Below, in pieces: positions 7,180 to 16,294 of a stretch of 32,000 nucleotides of DNA (its first letter is position 1; every line of letters begins with the position of its first letter). Source of the stretch: Phycisphaera mikurensis NBRC 102666 (GTDB taxonomy: Bacteria > Planctomycetota > Phycisphaerae > Phycisphaerales > Phycisphaeraceae); assembly GCF_000284115.1 (NCBI RefSeq), contig NC_017080.1, positions 1,440,001-1,472,000 of the forward strand. Reading direction: 5' to 3'. The notes beneath the pieces were generated by a model that made no database searches, was not told the origin of the DNA, and saw only the letters and a program-made list of their open reading frames with translations. The position numbers and the translations under genes are program-made.

Positions 7180-8028
7180 GTGCACGCCACGCCGCGGATC
7201 CCGAGCACCGCCGGCACCGGCCGCGCCCGCGTCGAGCGGGTGGCGGGGCGGTCGGTCGTCACCTCGTCGTACGCGACGAGCCCGATGAAGCTGCTGACGC
7301 CGCGGACCGCGGGCGGCGGTGCGGCGTCGGTCGTGGTCAGCGGCTTCGGCGGCGGGATCCTCAGCGGGGACACGCTGAGCCTGGACCTCGACGTCGGCCC
7401 GGCCGCCGTCGCGACGCTCGGCACGCAGGCGAGCACCAAGATCTTCCACGCCGACGCGGAGGGCCGACCGGCAACGCAGCGGCTCGGCGCCCGCGTCGCG
7501 GCGGAGGGCTTCCTCGCCGTCCTGCCCGATCCGGTGGTCTGCTTCGCCGACGCGGCCTACGAGCAGCGGCAACGCTTCGACCTGGAGGACGGGGCGGGCC
7601 TCGTGCTGCTCGACGCCTTCACCGCCGGCCGCGTGGCCCGGAGCGAGCGCTGGCGCTTCCGCCGCTTCGCGTCACGCAACGAGGTCTTCCTCCGCGGCAG
7701 GCTTCTCCTGCACGAGGCGCTGGAGCTGCGCGGCGAAGACGCCGCCGACGAGCTCGTGACCGGCGGCTTCGACGCGTTCGCCACGCTCGCCTTCGCGGGC
7801 TCGGCGGCCGCCGATCCGGAAGTCGCCGGGTGGCTCGGGGCGGTTTCTGGCCGCCGCCCGCGGCGCGGCGACGCCGTCCGCGTTTCCGCCGGCCGCGTCG
7901 GGGACCGCCCGCTGGTGACCGCCCGCTTCGCGGGGCCCTCGGCCGAGCACGTTCACGCCGAGCTCCGCGCCGCGCTCGGCTGCGTCGCCACCCGCACCGG
8001 CACCGCCTTCGGCGACCGCCGCTTCTGA
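7180..8028 (+). CDS. ureD: Urease accessory protein UreD
   Basis: UreD-like pattern: SGFGGGILSGDTLSLDLDVGPAAVATLGTQASTKIF ... LAVLPDPVVCFADAAYEQRQRFDL ... LLDAFTAGRVARSERWRF. The start is uncertain. GTG at 7180 is the first plausible in-frame start after the preceding gene; the track ORF begins at 6907, overlapping the Uma2 gene. Confidence 0.75.
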   Translation: MHATPRIPSTAGTGRARVERVAGRSVVTSSYATSPMKLLTPRTAGGGAASVVVSGFGGGILSGDTLSLDLDVGPAAVATLGTQASTKIFHADAEGRPATQRLGARVAAEGFLAVLPDPVVCFADAAYEQRQRFDLEDGAGLVLLDAFTAGRVARSERWRFRRFASRNEVFLRGRLLLHEALELRGEDAADELVTGGFDAFATLAFAGSAAADPEVAGWLGAVSGRRPRRGDAVRVSAGRVGDRPLVTARFAGPSAEHVHAELRAALGCVATRTGTAFGDRRF

Positions 8029-8045
8029 TCCGAGCCTTCGTGGTG

Positions 8046-8993
8046 TCAGCCTCCCACGCCGCTGCCCTTCTGGAAGGTCAGCGTCCGGCCCGGCCGCCCG
8101 CGGGGCGGCACCGGCTGCACGATGGCCCGTTGGGCCTCGGTCAGCCTCGCGAGGAACTCGTCGCTGGGGATGTAGTTCAGGCGGTTGGCGAGCAGCTGGG
8201 GCGAGTAGCGGTAGACCATGATGCGGCGCTCGCCGGGGTTGGTCCGCGGCATCGAGCCGTGGCAGATGCCGTCGGTGAACATCACCGCGTCGCCGGCGTT
8301 GAGATTCACCTCGCACATGCCCAGGGTGTCGACGCCGCTGGCGCCGAGGTCCCACATCGACTTGCCGCTCTCGGTGGCGAGCGGGTGGCCGAAGCGCTGC
8401 TTGTGGCTACCGGGGATGAGCGTGGTCCCGCCGTCGCCGGGGCCGATGTCGTCGAGGGCCATGAGGATGTTGATCTGCCCGACCGCCCACTTGCCGTTGA
8501 GCCATTGGAACAGGCCGGTGAAGCGGACGCTGTCGCCGCCGGAGTGGGTGGGGATGAAGCCCCCGCCGCGGCGGAGGTTCAGGAAGCACTCGTCGATGCT
8601 CAGCCTGTGCTGCGTGCTGTCGCCGACGATGTAGCGGCGGACCTGGTCGATCCACGCCGGCTGGTCGATCAGCTCCTGGAAGACCGGGTTGTCGGCTTCC
8701 ATGATGTTCTGAAAGTTCAGGCCGTCCTTGGAGCCGTAGGTGTGGACCTCAACGTCACCCACCCAGTCGCCGGATTCGAGGCGGTCGGTGTCTTGGCGGT
8801 CGACCCAGCCGTTGATCTTTTCGAGCTGCAGGGGCGAGAGCACGTTGCGCAGGATCCGGTAGCCCTGCACGTCGAAGAGGTAGTCTGCCTCGGCGTCGGA
8901 GAGGTCTCGGCCGTTGGCCGGATCGGGGGCGAGGGGGAGCGTGACGGGTGCATCGGGGCTGGAGGGGGGCGATTGGGGGGCGAGGGCGGTCAT
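8046..8993 (-). CDS. Phytanoyl-CoA dioxygenase (PhyH) family Fe(II)/2-oxoglutarate oxygenase-like protein
   Basis: ATG at 8993 (MTALAPQ...). The PhyH-like N-terminal block is [21 protein letters not shown]. His/Asp-containing segments IPTHSGGDS and DGICHGSMP are consistent with a double-stranded beta-helix oxygenase. It is convergent with ureD and divergent from the AraC gene. Confidence 0.55.
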   Translation of the reverse strand: MTALAPQSPPSSPDAPVTLPLAPDPANGRDLSDAEADYLFDVQGYRILRNVLSPLQLEKINGWVDRQDTDRLESGDWVGDVEVHTYGSKDGLNFQNIMEADNPVFQELIDQPAWIDQVRRYIVGDSTQHRLSIDECFLNLRRGGGFIPTHSGGDSVRFTGLFQWLNGKWAVGQINILMALDDIGPGDGGTTLIPGSHKQRFGHPLATESGKSMWDLGASGVDTLGMCEVNLNAGDAVMFTDGICHGSMPRTNPGERRIMVYRYSPQLLANRLNYIPSDEFLARLTEAQRAIVQPVPPRGRPGRTLTFQKGSGVGG

Positions 8994-9157
8994 GGGCGGT
9001 GGGGGGAGAGAGAAACGACGAACGACCGTCCAGCATGCCACCCGCCGCCGGGCGCGTCCTTGCTCCGCTCGCCGCAATGTGTTCAATTTGTGCCGTGACG
9101 CCGCCTCCGCCTCCCGATTCTTCGCCTCCCGCTCCAGCGCTCCCACGGGCTCTGCCG

Positions 9158-10006
9158 GTGCCGGCGGAGCGCAGCGGCTGGGCCGGGCACCGCGTGGCCG
9201 GGACCGCGCCGCGGATGAGCCAGAGCCACCGGCACGACGAGCTGGAGCTGAACCTGGTGACCGCGGGCCGCGCCGCCTACGTCGTGGACGGCCGCCGCGT
9301 GGAGCTCAATCCCGACGCGGCGCTGTGGTTGTGGCCGGACCAGGAGCACCTGCTGATCCAGTCGTCGGAGGCGTTCGCGATGTGGGTCGTCGTCTGGCGG
9401 CAGGACGCGGTCCGGGCGGCGGCCGGCGGGGACGGGGACGGCTGCGTGCCGCTGGGGCCGGCGGCGTCGGACGCCGCGCTTCTGGCCCCCCGGGCGCTGT
9501 CCGAGCGTGTCGCCGCCGATCTGTGCGTGGTCGCGGCGGGGATCGCCCGGGCGCGTTCGCCCGGCCACGAGGCGGCCGGGCTGGCTTGGCTGCTCCGCGA
9601 GGCCTGGGGAGCCTTCCTCGCCGCCGAGGACGTGCCCTCGGGCTCGCGCCTGCACCCCGCGGTCGAGGGCGCCGCCCGCTGGCTCGGCGCGCACGCGCAC
9701 GAACCCGCCGCGGACGACCTCGACGCGCTGGCCGCCCGCTGCGGCCTCAGCCGCTCACGGCTCTCGCGCCTGTTCGCCGCCCAGGTCGGCGAGACGCTCG
9801 CCGCGCACCGGCAGCGCCGGCGCCTCGAGGCGGCGCTCCGCCACCTCGGCGCCGCCGGCCGCGACGGCACCCCCGGCCGGGCGACGATGCTCGACGCCGC
9901 CTTCGCCGGGGGTTTCGGCAGCTACCCCGCCTTCTACCGGGCCCACGTCGCGCACCTGGGCTGCGGGCCGGCGGAGGCGCGGCGTGCGGAGCGGGGGGGC
10001 CGCTGA
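9158..10006 (+). CDS. AraC-family transcriptional regulator (cupin-type N-terminal domain plus C-terminal HTH)
   Basis: The N-terminal cupin-like segment is [41 protein letters not shown]. The C-terminal AraC HTH is [40 protein letters not shown] ... [12 protein letters not shown]. The start is uncertain. GTG 9158 was chosen because third-position GC rises only from about 9150. Alternatives are ATG 9035, 9077 and 9215. Confidence 0.75.
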   Translation: MPAERSGWAGHRVAGTAPRMSQSHRHDELELNLVTAGRAAYVVDGRRVELNPDAALWLWPDQEHLLIQSSEAFAMWVVVWRQDAVRAAAGGDGDGCVPLGPAASDAALLAPRALSERVAADLCVVAAGIARARSPGHEAAGLAWLLREAWGAFLAAEDVPSGSRLHPAVEGAARWLGAHAHEPAADDLDALAARCGLSRSRLSRLFAAQVGETLAAHRQRRRLEAALRHLGAAGRDGTPGRATMLDAAFAGGFGSYPAFYRAHVAHLGCGPAEARRAERGGR

Positions 10007-10117
10007 CCCACGCCCGCGCGTCCCTTTCGCCCCGACGCCCCCCGCGCACGCGCCGAGCACGCCGGCGCGGTTCCGCTGGCGGCCCAGCGCCCGCGGGTGG
10101 AGCGCGGCGGCGGGCTC

Positions 10118-10156
10118 CCGGGTCCTCGACGTCCTCCGCCGGGTCCTCGACGTCCT
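10118..10156 (+). promoter_or_regulatory. Two perfect 18-bp direct repeats (CCGGGTCCTCGACGTCCT) with 21-bp period; candidate activator site upstream of ureAB
   Basis: Copies lie at 10118-10135 and 10139-10156, ending 42 nt before the ureAB ATG (10198) and 112 nt after the AraC-family stop. The geometry (about 17-18 bp half sites, 21-bp spacing, direct orientation) is the classic AraC-family arrangement. Confidence 0.4.
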
Positions 10157-10197
10157 TTAAGGTCCGGCCAGCCCCGCCGCCGCCGCCGAGCCCGATC

Positions 10198-10968
10198 ATG
10201 AGACTCACCCCCCGCGAACTCGAAAAGCTCACGCTGCACAACGCGGGCTTCGTCGCCCAGAAGCGGCTCGCCCGCGGGCTGCGTCTGAATCACCCCGAGG
10301 CGGTGGCCCTCCTCGCGGCGGTCGTGCTGGAGATGATCCGGGATGGACGCCGCGTCGCCGAGCTGATGGAGGTCGGCCGCTCGCTCCTGGGCCGCCGGCA
10401 GGTGATGCCCGGCGTCGCGGAGATGCTGCACGACGTGCAGGTGGAGGGCACCTTCCCCGACGGCACGAAGCTGGTGACGATCCACCACCCGGTCAGCTCG
10501 CTCGACGGCGACCTGACGCTCGCCCTGCACGGCAGCTTCCTGCCGGTGCCCTCGCTGGACCTCTTCGGCGACGAGCCCACCGACGACGCCGCGGGCGACG
10601 CGCCGGGCGCCGTCACCCCCGCGAAGGGGATCCTGGAGATGAACGCCGGCCGCGACGCAATCGACCTCGCGGTGACCAACACCGGCGACCGGCCGGTGCA
10701 GGTCGGCAGCCACTACCCCTTCCTCGAGACCAACGCCGCCCTCCGCTTCGACCGCCGCGCGGGCTTCGGCCGCCGGCTCGACGTGCCCGCCGGCACCGCC
10801 GTCCGCTTCGAGCCGGGCGAAACCAAGACCGTCCGCCTCGTGGAGGTGGCCGGGAACCGCGTCGTCCGCGGCGGCAACGCCCTCACCGACGGCGGGGTCG
10901 GCGACGAGAACCGAGAGGCCGCGATGGCCCGCGTGGCCGCCGGCGGCTTCGCCGACGCCCCCGCCTGA
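10198..10968 (+). CDS. ureAB: Fused urease gamma-beta subunit (UreA-UreB)
   Basis: ATG at 10198. The N-terminal 100 aa are UreA ([39 protein letters not shown] ... [20 protein letters not shown]). The C-terminal part is UreB ([38 protein letters not shown] ... [15 protein letters not shown]). The track ORF 8914-10968 is a spurious upstream extension. Confidence 0.9.
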   Translation: MRLTPRELEKLTLHNAGFVAQKRLARGLRLNHPEAVALLAAVVLEMIRDGRRVAELMEVGRSLLGRRQVMPGVAEMLHDVQVEGTFPDGTKLVTIHHPVSSLDGDLTLALHGSFLPVPSLDLFGDEPTDDAAGDAPGAVTPAKGILEMNAGRDAIDLAVTNTGDRPVQVGSHYPFLETNAALRFDRRAGFGRRLDVPAGTAVRFEPGETKTVRLVEVAGNRVVRGGNALTDGGVGDENREAAMARVAAGGFADAPA

Positions 10969-11297
10969 GCGATTGCGGACCATCGCCCACGGCCGCGGCC
11001 GCGGGCACACCCGGTGCGGCGGGCTCGCTTCGCCGCGGATCAAGAGGCGGGAGCGGCCCGGAGGCCCGCGGTCCGCGGATTTCGCTCCTGTCAGCTTGGC
11101 AGGCGCTCCCGGACGAGCCGGGGGGCTGGGCAGCGCCCCGGCGCCCTCACGGGGCCGCAGGAGGCTTCCGCGCGGCTCCACCGGCATGGCTCCCGAGCGG
11201 CACCGGCTTTGCACAAGCCCGGCGGTGGCGGCCGCTCCCCGCCCGCCGCCGACCCTTCCGGGTTCCACCACTCCACCCGCAACCTCAAGGAACAACC

Positions 11298-13190
11298 ATG
11301 TCCAAGACCATTGGAATCGACCTCGGCACCACCAACTCGGTCGTCGCCGTCATGGAAGCCGGCGCACCCAAGGTGCTGATCAACGCCTCCGGCAACCGCA
11401 CCACCCCCTCCATCGTCGCCTTCACCGACAAGGGCGACCGCCTCGTGGGCCAGCCGGCCCGCCAGCAGCAGGTGACCAACCCCAAGGGCACCGTCTACTC
11501 GATCAAGCGCTTCATGGGCCGCCGGGCCGGCGAGGTCGAGGAGGAGCAGAAGATGGTGCCCTACGGCATCCAGGGCTCCGGCGACGACCTCGTGAAGGTC
11601 GAGGTCAAGGGCAAGGAGTACACGCCGCAGGAGATCTCGGCGATGACGCTGGGGAACCTGAAGAAGACCGCCGAGGACTACCTCGGCGAGAGCGTGGACT
11701 CGGCCGTCATCACGGTGCCCGCCTACTTCAATGACTCGCAGCGCCAGGCGACCAAGGAGGCCGGGGAGATCGCCGGCCTCAAGGTCGAGCGGATCATCAA
11801 CGAGCCCACCGCCGCCGCGCTCGCCTACGGCCTCGACAAGAAGACCAACGAGAAGATCGCGGTGTTCGACCTCGGCGGCGGCACCTTCGACGTCTCGGTC
11901 CTCGACGTCGGTGACGGCGTCTTCGAGGTGCTCGCCACCAACGGCGACGGCCACCTCGGCGGCGACGACTGGGACGAGCGGCTCATCAACCACCTCGCCG
12001 ACGAGTTCAAGAAGAGCGACGGCATCGACCTCCGCAGCGACGCGATGGCGCTCCAGCGGCTGAAGGAAGCGGCCGAGAAGGCGAAGATCGAGCTCTCCCA
12101 GAGCCAGGAGACCACGGTCAACCTGCCCTTCATCACGGCGACGCAGGACGGCCCCAAGCACCTGATGATCACGCTGACGCGGACGAAGTTCGAGCAGATC
12201 TGCGACGACCTGTTCAGCCGCCTCCGGGGCCCGTGCGAGACGGCCCTCAAGGACGCCGGCCTCAAGGCCGGCGAGGTCGACGAGGTGGTGCTGGTCGGCG
12301 GGTCCTCGCGGATCCCCAAGGTGCAGAAGATGGCGAAGGAGATCTTCGGCAAGGAGCCCAACAAGAGCATCAACCCCGACGAGGTCGTCGCCATCGGCGC
12401 GGCCATCCAGGGCGGCGTGCTGCAGGGCGACGTGAAGGACGTGCTGCTGCTGGACGTGACCCCGCTCTCGCTGGGCATCGAGACCCGCGGCGGCGTGACC
12501 ACGCGGCTGATCGAGAAGAACACCACGATCCCCACCAGCAAGAAGGAGACCTTCTCCACCGCGGCCGACAACCAGACCGAGGTCACGATCCACGTGCTTC
12601 AGGGCGAGCGGGAGTTCGCCAACGACAACCGCACGCTGGGCCGCTTCAACCTCGAAGGCATCAAGCCGGCCCGCGCCGGCGAGCCGCAGATCGAGGTGGA
12701 ATTCGCCATCGACGCCAACGGCATCCTCAACGTCGCCGCCACCGACAAGGGCAGCGGCAAGACGCAAAACATCGAGATCAAGGGCTCCTCGGGCCTCTCC
12801 GAGGAGGAGATCGACCGGATGAAGAAGGATGCCGAGGCGCACGCCGCCGAGGACGCCAAGAAGCGGGAGCTGGTCGACCTGAAGAACCAGGCCGAGACGA
12901 TCGTCCACCAGGTGCGCAAGCAGATGGAAGAGGCGGGCGACAAGCTCGACGGCGACACCCGCGGCAAGGTCGAGAGCGCCCTCTCCAACGTGGACGAGAA
13001 GGTCAAGGGCGACGACGCCGACGCAATCAAGGCCGCGCTCACCGCGCTGCAGACCGAGGCCGCCGCGCTCGCGGGAGCCGGTGCGGCGGATGCCGGAGCC
13101 GGGGAGGCGTCGTCTTCGGAGTCGGCCTCTTCGTCGCCGGACAACGCGGACGACGACGTCATCGACGCCGAGTTTGAAGTCAAGAGCTAA
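11298..13190 (+). CDS. dnaK: Molecular chaperone DnaK (Hsp70)
   Basis: 630 aa. Motifs: [41 protein letters not shown] at 11287-11291 lies 6 nt before the ATG. Confidence 0.98.
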   Translation: MSKTIGIDLGTTNSVVAVMEAGAPKVLINASGNRTTPSIVAFTDKGDRLVGQPARQQQVTNPKGTVYSIKRFMGRRAGEVEEEQKMVPYGIQGSGDDLVKVEVKGKEYTPQEISAMTLGNLKKTAEDYLGESVDSAVITVPAYFNDSQRQATKEAGEIAGLKVERIINEPTAAALAYGLDKKTNEKIAVFDLGGGTFDVSVLDVGDGVFEVLATNGDGHLGGDDWDERLINHLADEFKKSDGIDLRSDAMALQRLKEAAEKAKIELSQSQETTVNLPFITATQDGPKHLMITLTRTKFEQICDDLFSRLRGPCETALKDAGLKAGEVDEVVLVGGSSRIPKVQKMAKEIFGKEPNKSINPDEVVAIGAAIQGGVLQGDVKDVLLLDVTPLSLGIETRGGVTTRLIEKNTTIPTSKKETFSTAADNQTEVTIHVLQGEREFANDNRTLGRFNLEGIKPARAGEPQIEVEFAIDANGILNVAATDKGSGKTQNIEIKGSSGLSEEEIDRMKKDAEAHAAEDAKKRELVDLKNQAETIVHQVRKQMEEAGDKLDGDTRGKVESALSNVDEKVKGDDADAIKAALTALQTEAAALAGAGAADAGAGEASSSESASSSPDNADDDVIDAEFEVKS

Positions 13191-13220
13191 CGCCTGCAAC
13201 GGCCGGGCTGGATCCGCTCC

Positions 13221-13252
13221 GAGCCGTCGCCTCCGGGCGGCGGCTCTTCTCG
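13221..13252 (+). terminator. Possible intrinsic terminator after dnaK
   Basis: GAGCCGTCGCC-TCCG-GGCGGCGGCTC forms an 11-bp stem with one mismatch, followed by TTCTCG. It starts 31 nt after the dnaK stop. The U-tract is weak. Confidence 0.4.
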
Positions 13253-13345
13253 TGGGTGCCCGAAGCGGCCGCGCCGGGTCCCGCCCGAGCCCCGGCCGCC
13301 GGCGGCGTCGCGGGCCCGATCCGGACGAGTACGTAGCCTGTTCGG

Positions 13346-14776
13346 ATGGCCAGAGCCCGTTCGCAATTCGTCTGTTCCGCGTGCGGGTCGTCGTTCCCGA
13401 AGTGGCAAGGGCGGTGCCCCGATTGCGGAGCGTGGGACACCCTCGAGGAGGCCCGGGTGGACGCGTCTTCGGCCAAGGACGCACCCCGCGCGGGCGGCGG
13501 GGCGGGCGTCGGTGCCGGCGGAAACCCGGCGGAGGCGCGGCCGATCGGCGAGGTGGGCGAGGCGACGGAGGCGGAACGGCTCCCCAGCGGGATCGCGGAG
13601 TTCGACCGGGTGCTCGGGGCGGGGCTGGTGCCGGGGTCGGCGGTGCTCGTGGGCGGCGACCCCGGAATCGGCAAGAGCACGCTGATGCTGCAGGCGGCCC
13701 TGCGGCTGGCGGTCGGCGGCACGCGCGTGCTCTACGCGACCAGCGAGGAGTCGGCCGCGCAGCTGCGGATGCGGGCGGAGCGGCTGGCGCCCGCGAGCGG
13801 CGTGGCGGAGGGCGGTGGGCTGCCCGCGGAGCTGTTCGCGTTGGCGGACACGAACCTCGCCCGCATCACCGAGCAGGCCCGGCGGCTCAAGCCCCGGGTG
13901 GTGGTGATCGACTCGATCCAGATGGTCTACCGCGGCGACCTGGAGGCGGCGCCGGGCAGCGTCACGCAGCTGCGGGCCTGCACGCTGGAGCTGGTCTACG
14001 CGGCCAAGGAGGCCGGCTGGGCGGTGGTGCTGGTGGGCCACGTCACCAAGGCGGGCACCCTCGCGGGCCCCAAGCTGCTCGAGCACATGGTCGACGCGGT
14101 GCTCACCTTCGAGGGCGACCGCTACCACGCCCACCGCGTGGTGCGGGCGGTGAAGAACCGCTTCGGCAACACGCTGGAGGTGGGGCTGTTCCACATGACC
14201 GGCGCCGGCCTGGAGGAGGTGGCCGATGCGGGCGGGCTGCTGGCCGAAACCTATCAAGCGGGTCCGGGCAGCGTGGTGTGCCCGGTGCTCACCGGCTCGC
14301 GCTGCCTGATGGTGGAGCTGCAGGCGCTGACCGCGACGGGCTTTCTGGGCTCGGCGAAGCGGAAGGCCGCCGGCGTGGACGGCAACCGGCTGGCGATGCT
14401 GATCGCGGTGCTGGAGAAGCGGGCCGAGCTGCGGCTGGCGGATCAGGACGTCTTCACCTCCAGCGTCGGCGGGATGAAGGTGACCGAGCCGGCGTCGGAC
14501 CTGGCGCTGGCGATGGCGATCGCGGGGGCCCACCTCAACCGCGGCGTCGGCGGGCCGGGCCGGGGGGGCGAGGGCGGCGCCGTCGCGGCGGTCGGCGAGA
14601 TCGGCCTCGGCGGCGAGGTCCGCCACGTTGCGCAGCTGGATCGGCGGCTGGCGGAGGCGGGGCGGCTGGGCTTCGGGAAGGTGCTGACGCCGAAGGGCGG
14701 GAAGAAGGCGGCGCCGAGGGGCCTGGAGATCGTGGAGGTCGGATCGATCGAGGCGGCGCTGGCGCAGCTGGATTAG
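13346..14776 (+). CDS. radA: DNA repair protein RadA/Sms
   Basis: Motifs: N-terminal zinc ribbon CSACGSSFPKWQGRCPDCGAW, Walker A GGDPGIGKSTL, the KNRFG motif, and a C-terminal Lon-protease-like domain. Confidence 0.95.
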   Translation: MARARSQFVCSACGSSFPKWQGRCPDCGAWDTLEEARVDASSAKDAPRAGGGAGVGAGGNPAEARPIGEVGEATEAERLPSGIAEFDRVLGAGLVPGSAVLVGGDPGIGKSTLMLQAALRLAVGGTRVLYATSEESAAQLRMRAERLAPASGVAEGGGLPAELFALADTNLARITEQARRLKPRVVVIDSIQMVYRGDLEAAPGSVTQLRACTLELVYAAKEAGWAVVLVGHVTKAGTLAGPKLLEHMVDAVLTFEGDRYHAHRVVRAVKNRFGNTLEVGLFHMTGAGLEEVADAGGLLAETYQAGPGSVVCPVLTGSRCLMVELQALTATGFLGSAKRKAAGVDGNRLAMLIAVLEKRAELRLADQDVFTSSVGGMKVTEPASDLALAMAIAGAHLNRGVGGPGRGGEGGAVAAVGEIGLGGEVRHVAQLDRRLAEAGRLGFGKVLTPKGGKKAAPRGLEIVEVGSIEAALAQLD

Positions 14777-14786
14777 CGCCGGCCCG

Positions 14787-14832
14787 CCGCGGACCGCCGG
14801 CCCGGGCGACGCCCGCGGCCGGCGGTCCGCGG
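14787..14832 (+). terminator. Perfect 16-bp GC hairpin after radA (variant of the CCGCGGWCCGCGG motif)
   Basis: CCGCGGACCGCCGGCC (14787-14802) and GGCCGGCGGTCCGCGG (14817-14832) with a 14-nt loop. It starts 11 nt after the radA stop. There is no U-tract, so terminator function is an inference. Confidence 0.45.
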
Positions 14833-14966
14833 ATGCCGCGCAGGGCACCGGCTCGCCGGGCGGCCGGCGCCGGGCGGCGCGTCCGGATCGCCCGGCACTG
14901 CTCGCGGCAACGGCGGGCGACCCGCCCGCCCGGGTGCGGCGACGACCGATCTGGCAGGATGCCGCC

Positions 14967-16205
14967 ATGACCCGGTGGCTCGCGATTCTTTGCCTCGTGC
15001 TGGCCCCCGTCGCCCCCGTCGCCACCGCTCAGCTCGTCGCGGGGCCGTGGGTGGATCGGGCGGACGCGCGGATCGAGGCTCACCGCAAGGCGGACCTGGA
15101 GGTGCTCGTGCTGGGGCCGGGCGACCGGCCGGCGGCCGGGGTGGAGGTGCGGGTGCGGCAGCTCCGGCACGCATTCCCCTTCGGCGCGGTGCTGCCGGCG
15201 GACCGGCCGGAGCTGATCGATCGGGTGGGGGCCCCGGATCGAGCGGTCTGGCGGGGCCTGTCGGCGGTCTCGCTGGCACGCTTCGCCGCATGGTCCGTCC
15301 TGCAGAAGGAGCAAGCAGAGACCGACCCGGCCGCGGCGGCCACGCTCGTGGGCCTCCTCGACGCCGCCCGGGCCCGCGGGCTGCGGGTCCGCCTGGGCCC
15401 GCTGGCCCCCGGGGATCCGGCGGACCGGCCCGCCTGGGCCGCGGGCCTGCCGCCGGAGCGGCGGCTGCCGGCGGTGCTGTCCTTCCAGGCGTCGCTCGCG
15501 GGGCTCGCCGCGGGGCGGGTGCACGCCCTGGACCTGGTCTCCTCGGGCGCGTCCCACCCCTGGCTCGCGCCCGCGGGCGTGCGGACGCTCGGGCAGGCGG
15601 CGGCGGCCGCCCACGCCCCGGCGGACGCCGGCGGGGCAGGCCCGCAGGCCTGGCTCGGCCTGGGCTTCGAGGGGGCGGTCGACCTCGACCGCGGCGGGGC
15701 GGTGCTGGCCTCGGCCGAGGCGCTCTCGCTCGCGTTCGTCCCCGCCGACGGCGTCACCACCGGGCTGCGCCTCGCCCGGCCGGCCTCGCCGGAGGACCTC
15801 GAACGCGCGATCCAGCGGCTGGGCACCTTCGGGCTCGACGCCGCGATCCACCCCCTGGAGGCCGCGTCGGACGACCCCGAGCTGCCCTTCACGCTCGAGG
15901 CGGCGCTGACGCTGCTCTTCGCTGAGCCGCGGGTGCGCGAGATCCACCTCGCGGGCTTCGAGGCGGGCCTGCCGGGGGCGTTGCTCGACACGGCCGGGAA
16001 CCCGACGGCGGCGGGCGAGGGCGTGGACTACCTCCTGGCGCGACGCTGGTGGACGGACGCCGTGGCGACCACCGATGCCCTCGGCGTGGCCCGCTTCCGC
16101 GTCTTCGCCGGCCGCCACGAGGTGGAGGCGGGCGGCGGACCGGTGGAGGTGGCGATCGCCGCGGGCGACGCAGCGCGCGTGGTGGCCGCGACGGCGGTGC
16201 GCTGA
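14967..16205 (+). CDS. Secreted glycoside hydrolase family 10-like (TIM-barrel) protein, highly divergent
   Basis: The signal peptide is MTRWLAILCLVLAPVAPVATAQ (ATG 14967). The N-terminal block ARIEAHRKADLEVLVLGPGDRPAAGVEVRVRQLRHAFPFG and the tail WWTDAVATTDALGVARFRVFAGRHEV resemble the frame of bacterial GH10-like proteins. The canonical catalytic blocks are not recognisable. Confidence 0.4.
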   Translation: MTRWLAILCLVLAPVAPVATAQLVAGPWVDRADARIEAHRKADLEVLVLGPGDRPAAGVEVRVRQLRHAFPFGAVLPADRPELIDRVGAPDRAVWRGLSAVSLARFAAWSVLQKEQAETDPAAAATLVGLLDAARARGLRVRLGPLAPGDPADRPAWAAGLPPERRLPAVLSFQASLAGLAAGRVHALDLVSSGASHPWLAPAGVRTLGQAAAAAHAPADAGGAGPQAWLGLGFEGAVDLDRGGAVLASAEALSLAFVPADGVTTGLRLARPASPEDLERAIQRLGTFGLDAAIHPLEAASDDPELPFTLEAALTLLFAEPRVREIHLAGFEAGLPGALLDTAGNPTAAGEGVDYLLARRWWTDAVATTDALGVARFRVFAGRHEVEAGGGPVEVAIAAGDAARVVAATAVR

Positions 16206-16294
16206 CCCATGACCCCGAACGAAGCCGCAGCCTTCTTCTGGCCGGCCGCGACGGGACGCCCGCTGGACACGACGCTGCGGTCCCATGCGTGCCG

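Noticed and set aside
8914-10197. Upstream 428 codons of the 684-aa ORF that ends as ureAB
   Set aside because: The product is an Arg/Pro/Gly-rich alternate frame of the AraC gene and intergenic DNA. UreA homology starts exactly at the ATG at 10198.
10969-11297. Heat-shock operator (CIRCE TTAGCACTC-N9-GAGTGCTAA or HAIR) or sigma32-type promoter upstream of dnaK
   Set aside because: No match to either inverted repeat was found by eye. A CTTTGCA ... CCCCGCC pair has the wrong spacing (about 23 nt), so no call is made.
11091-13484. 797-aa ORF antisense to dnaK
   Set aside because: Same reason. dnaK on the plus strand is unambiguous, and the antisense product is low-complexity.
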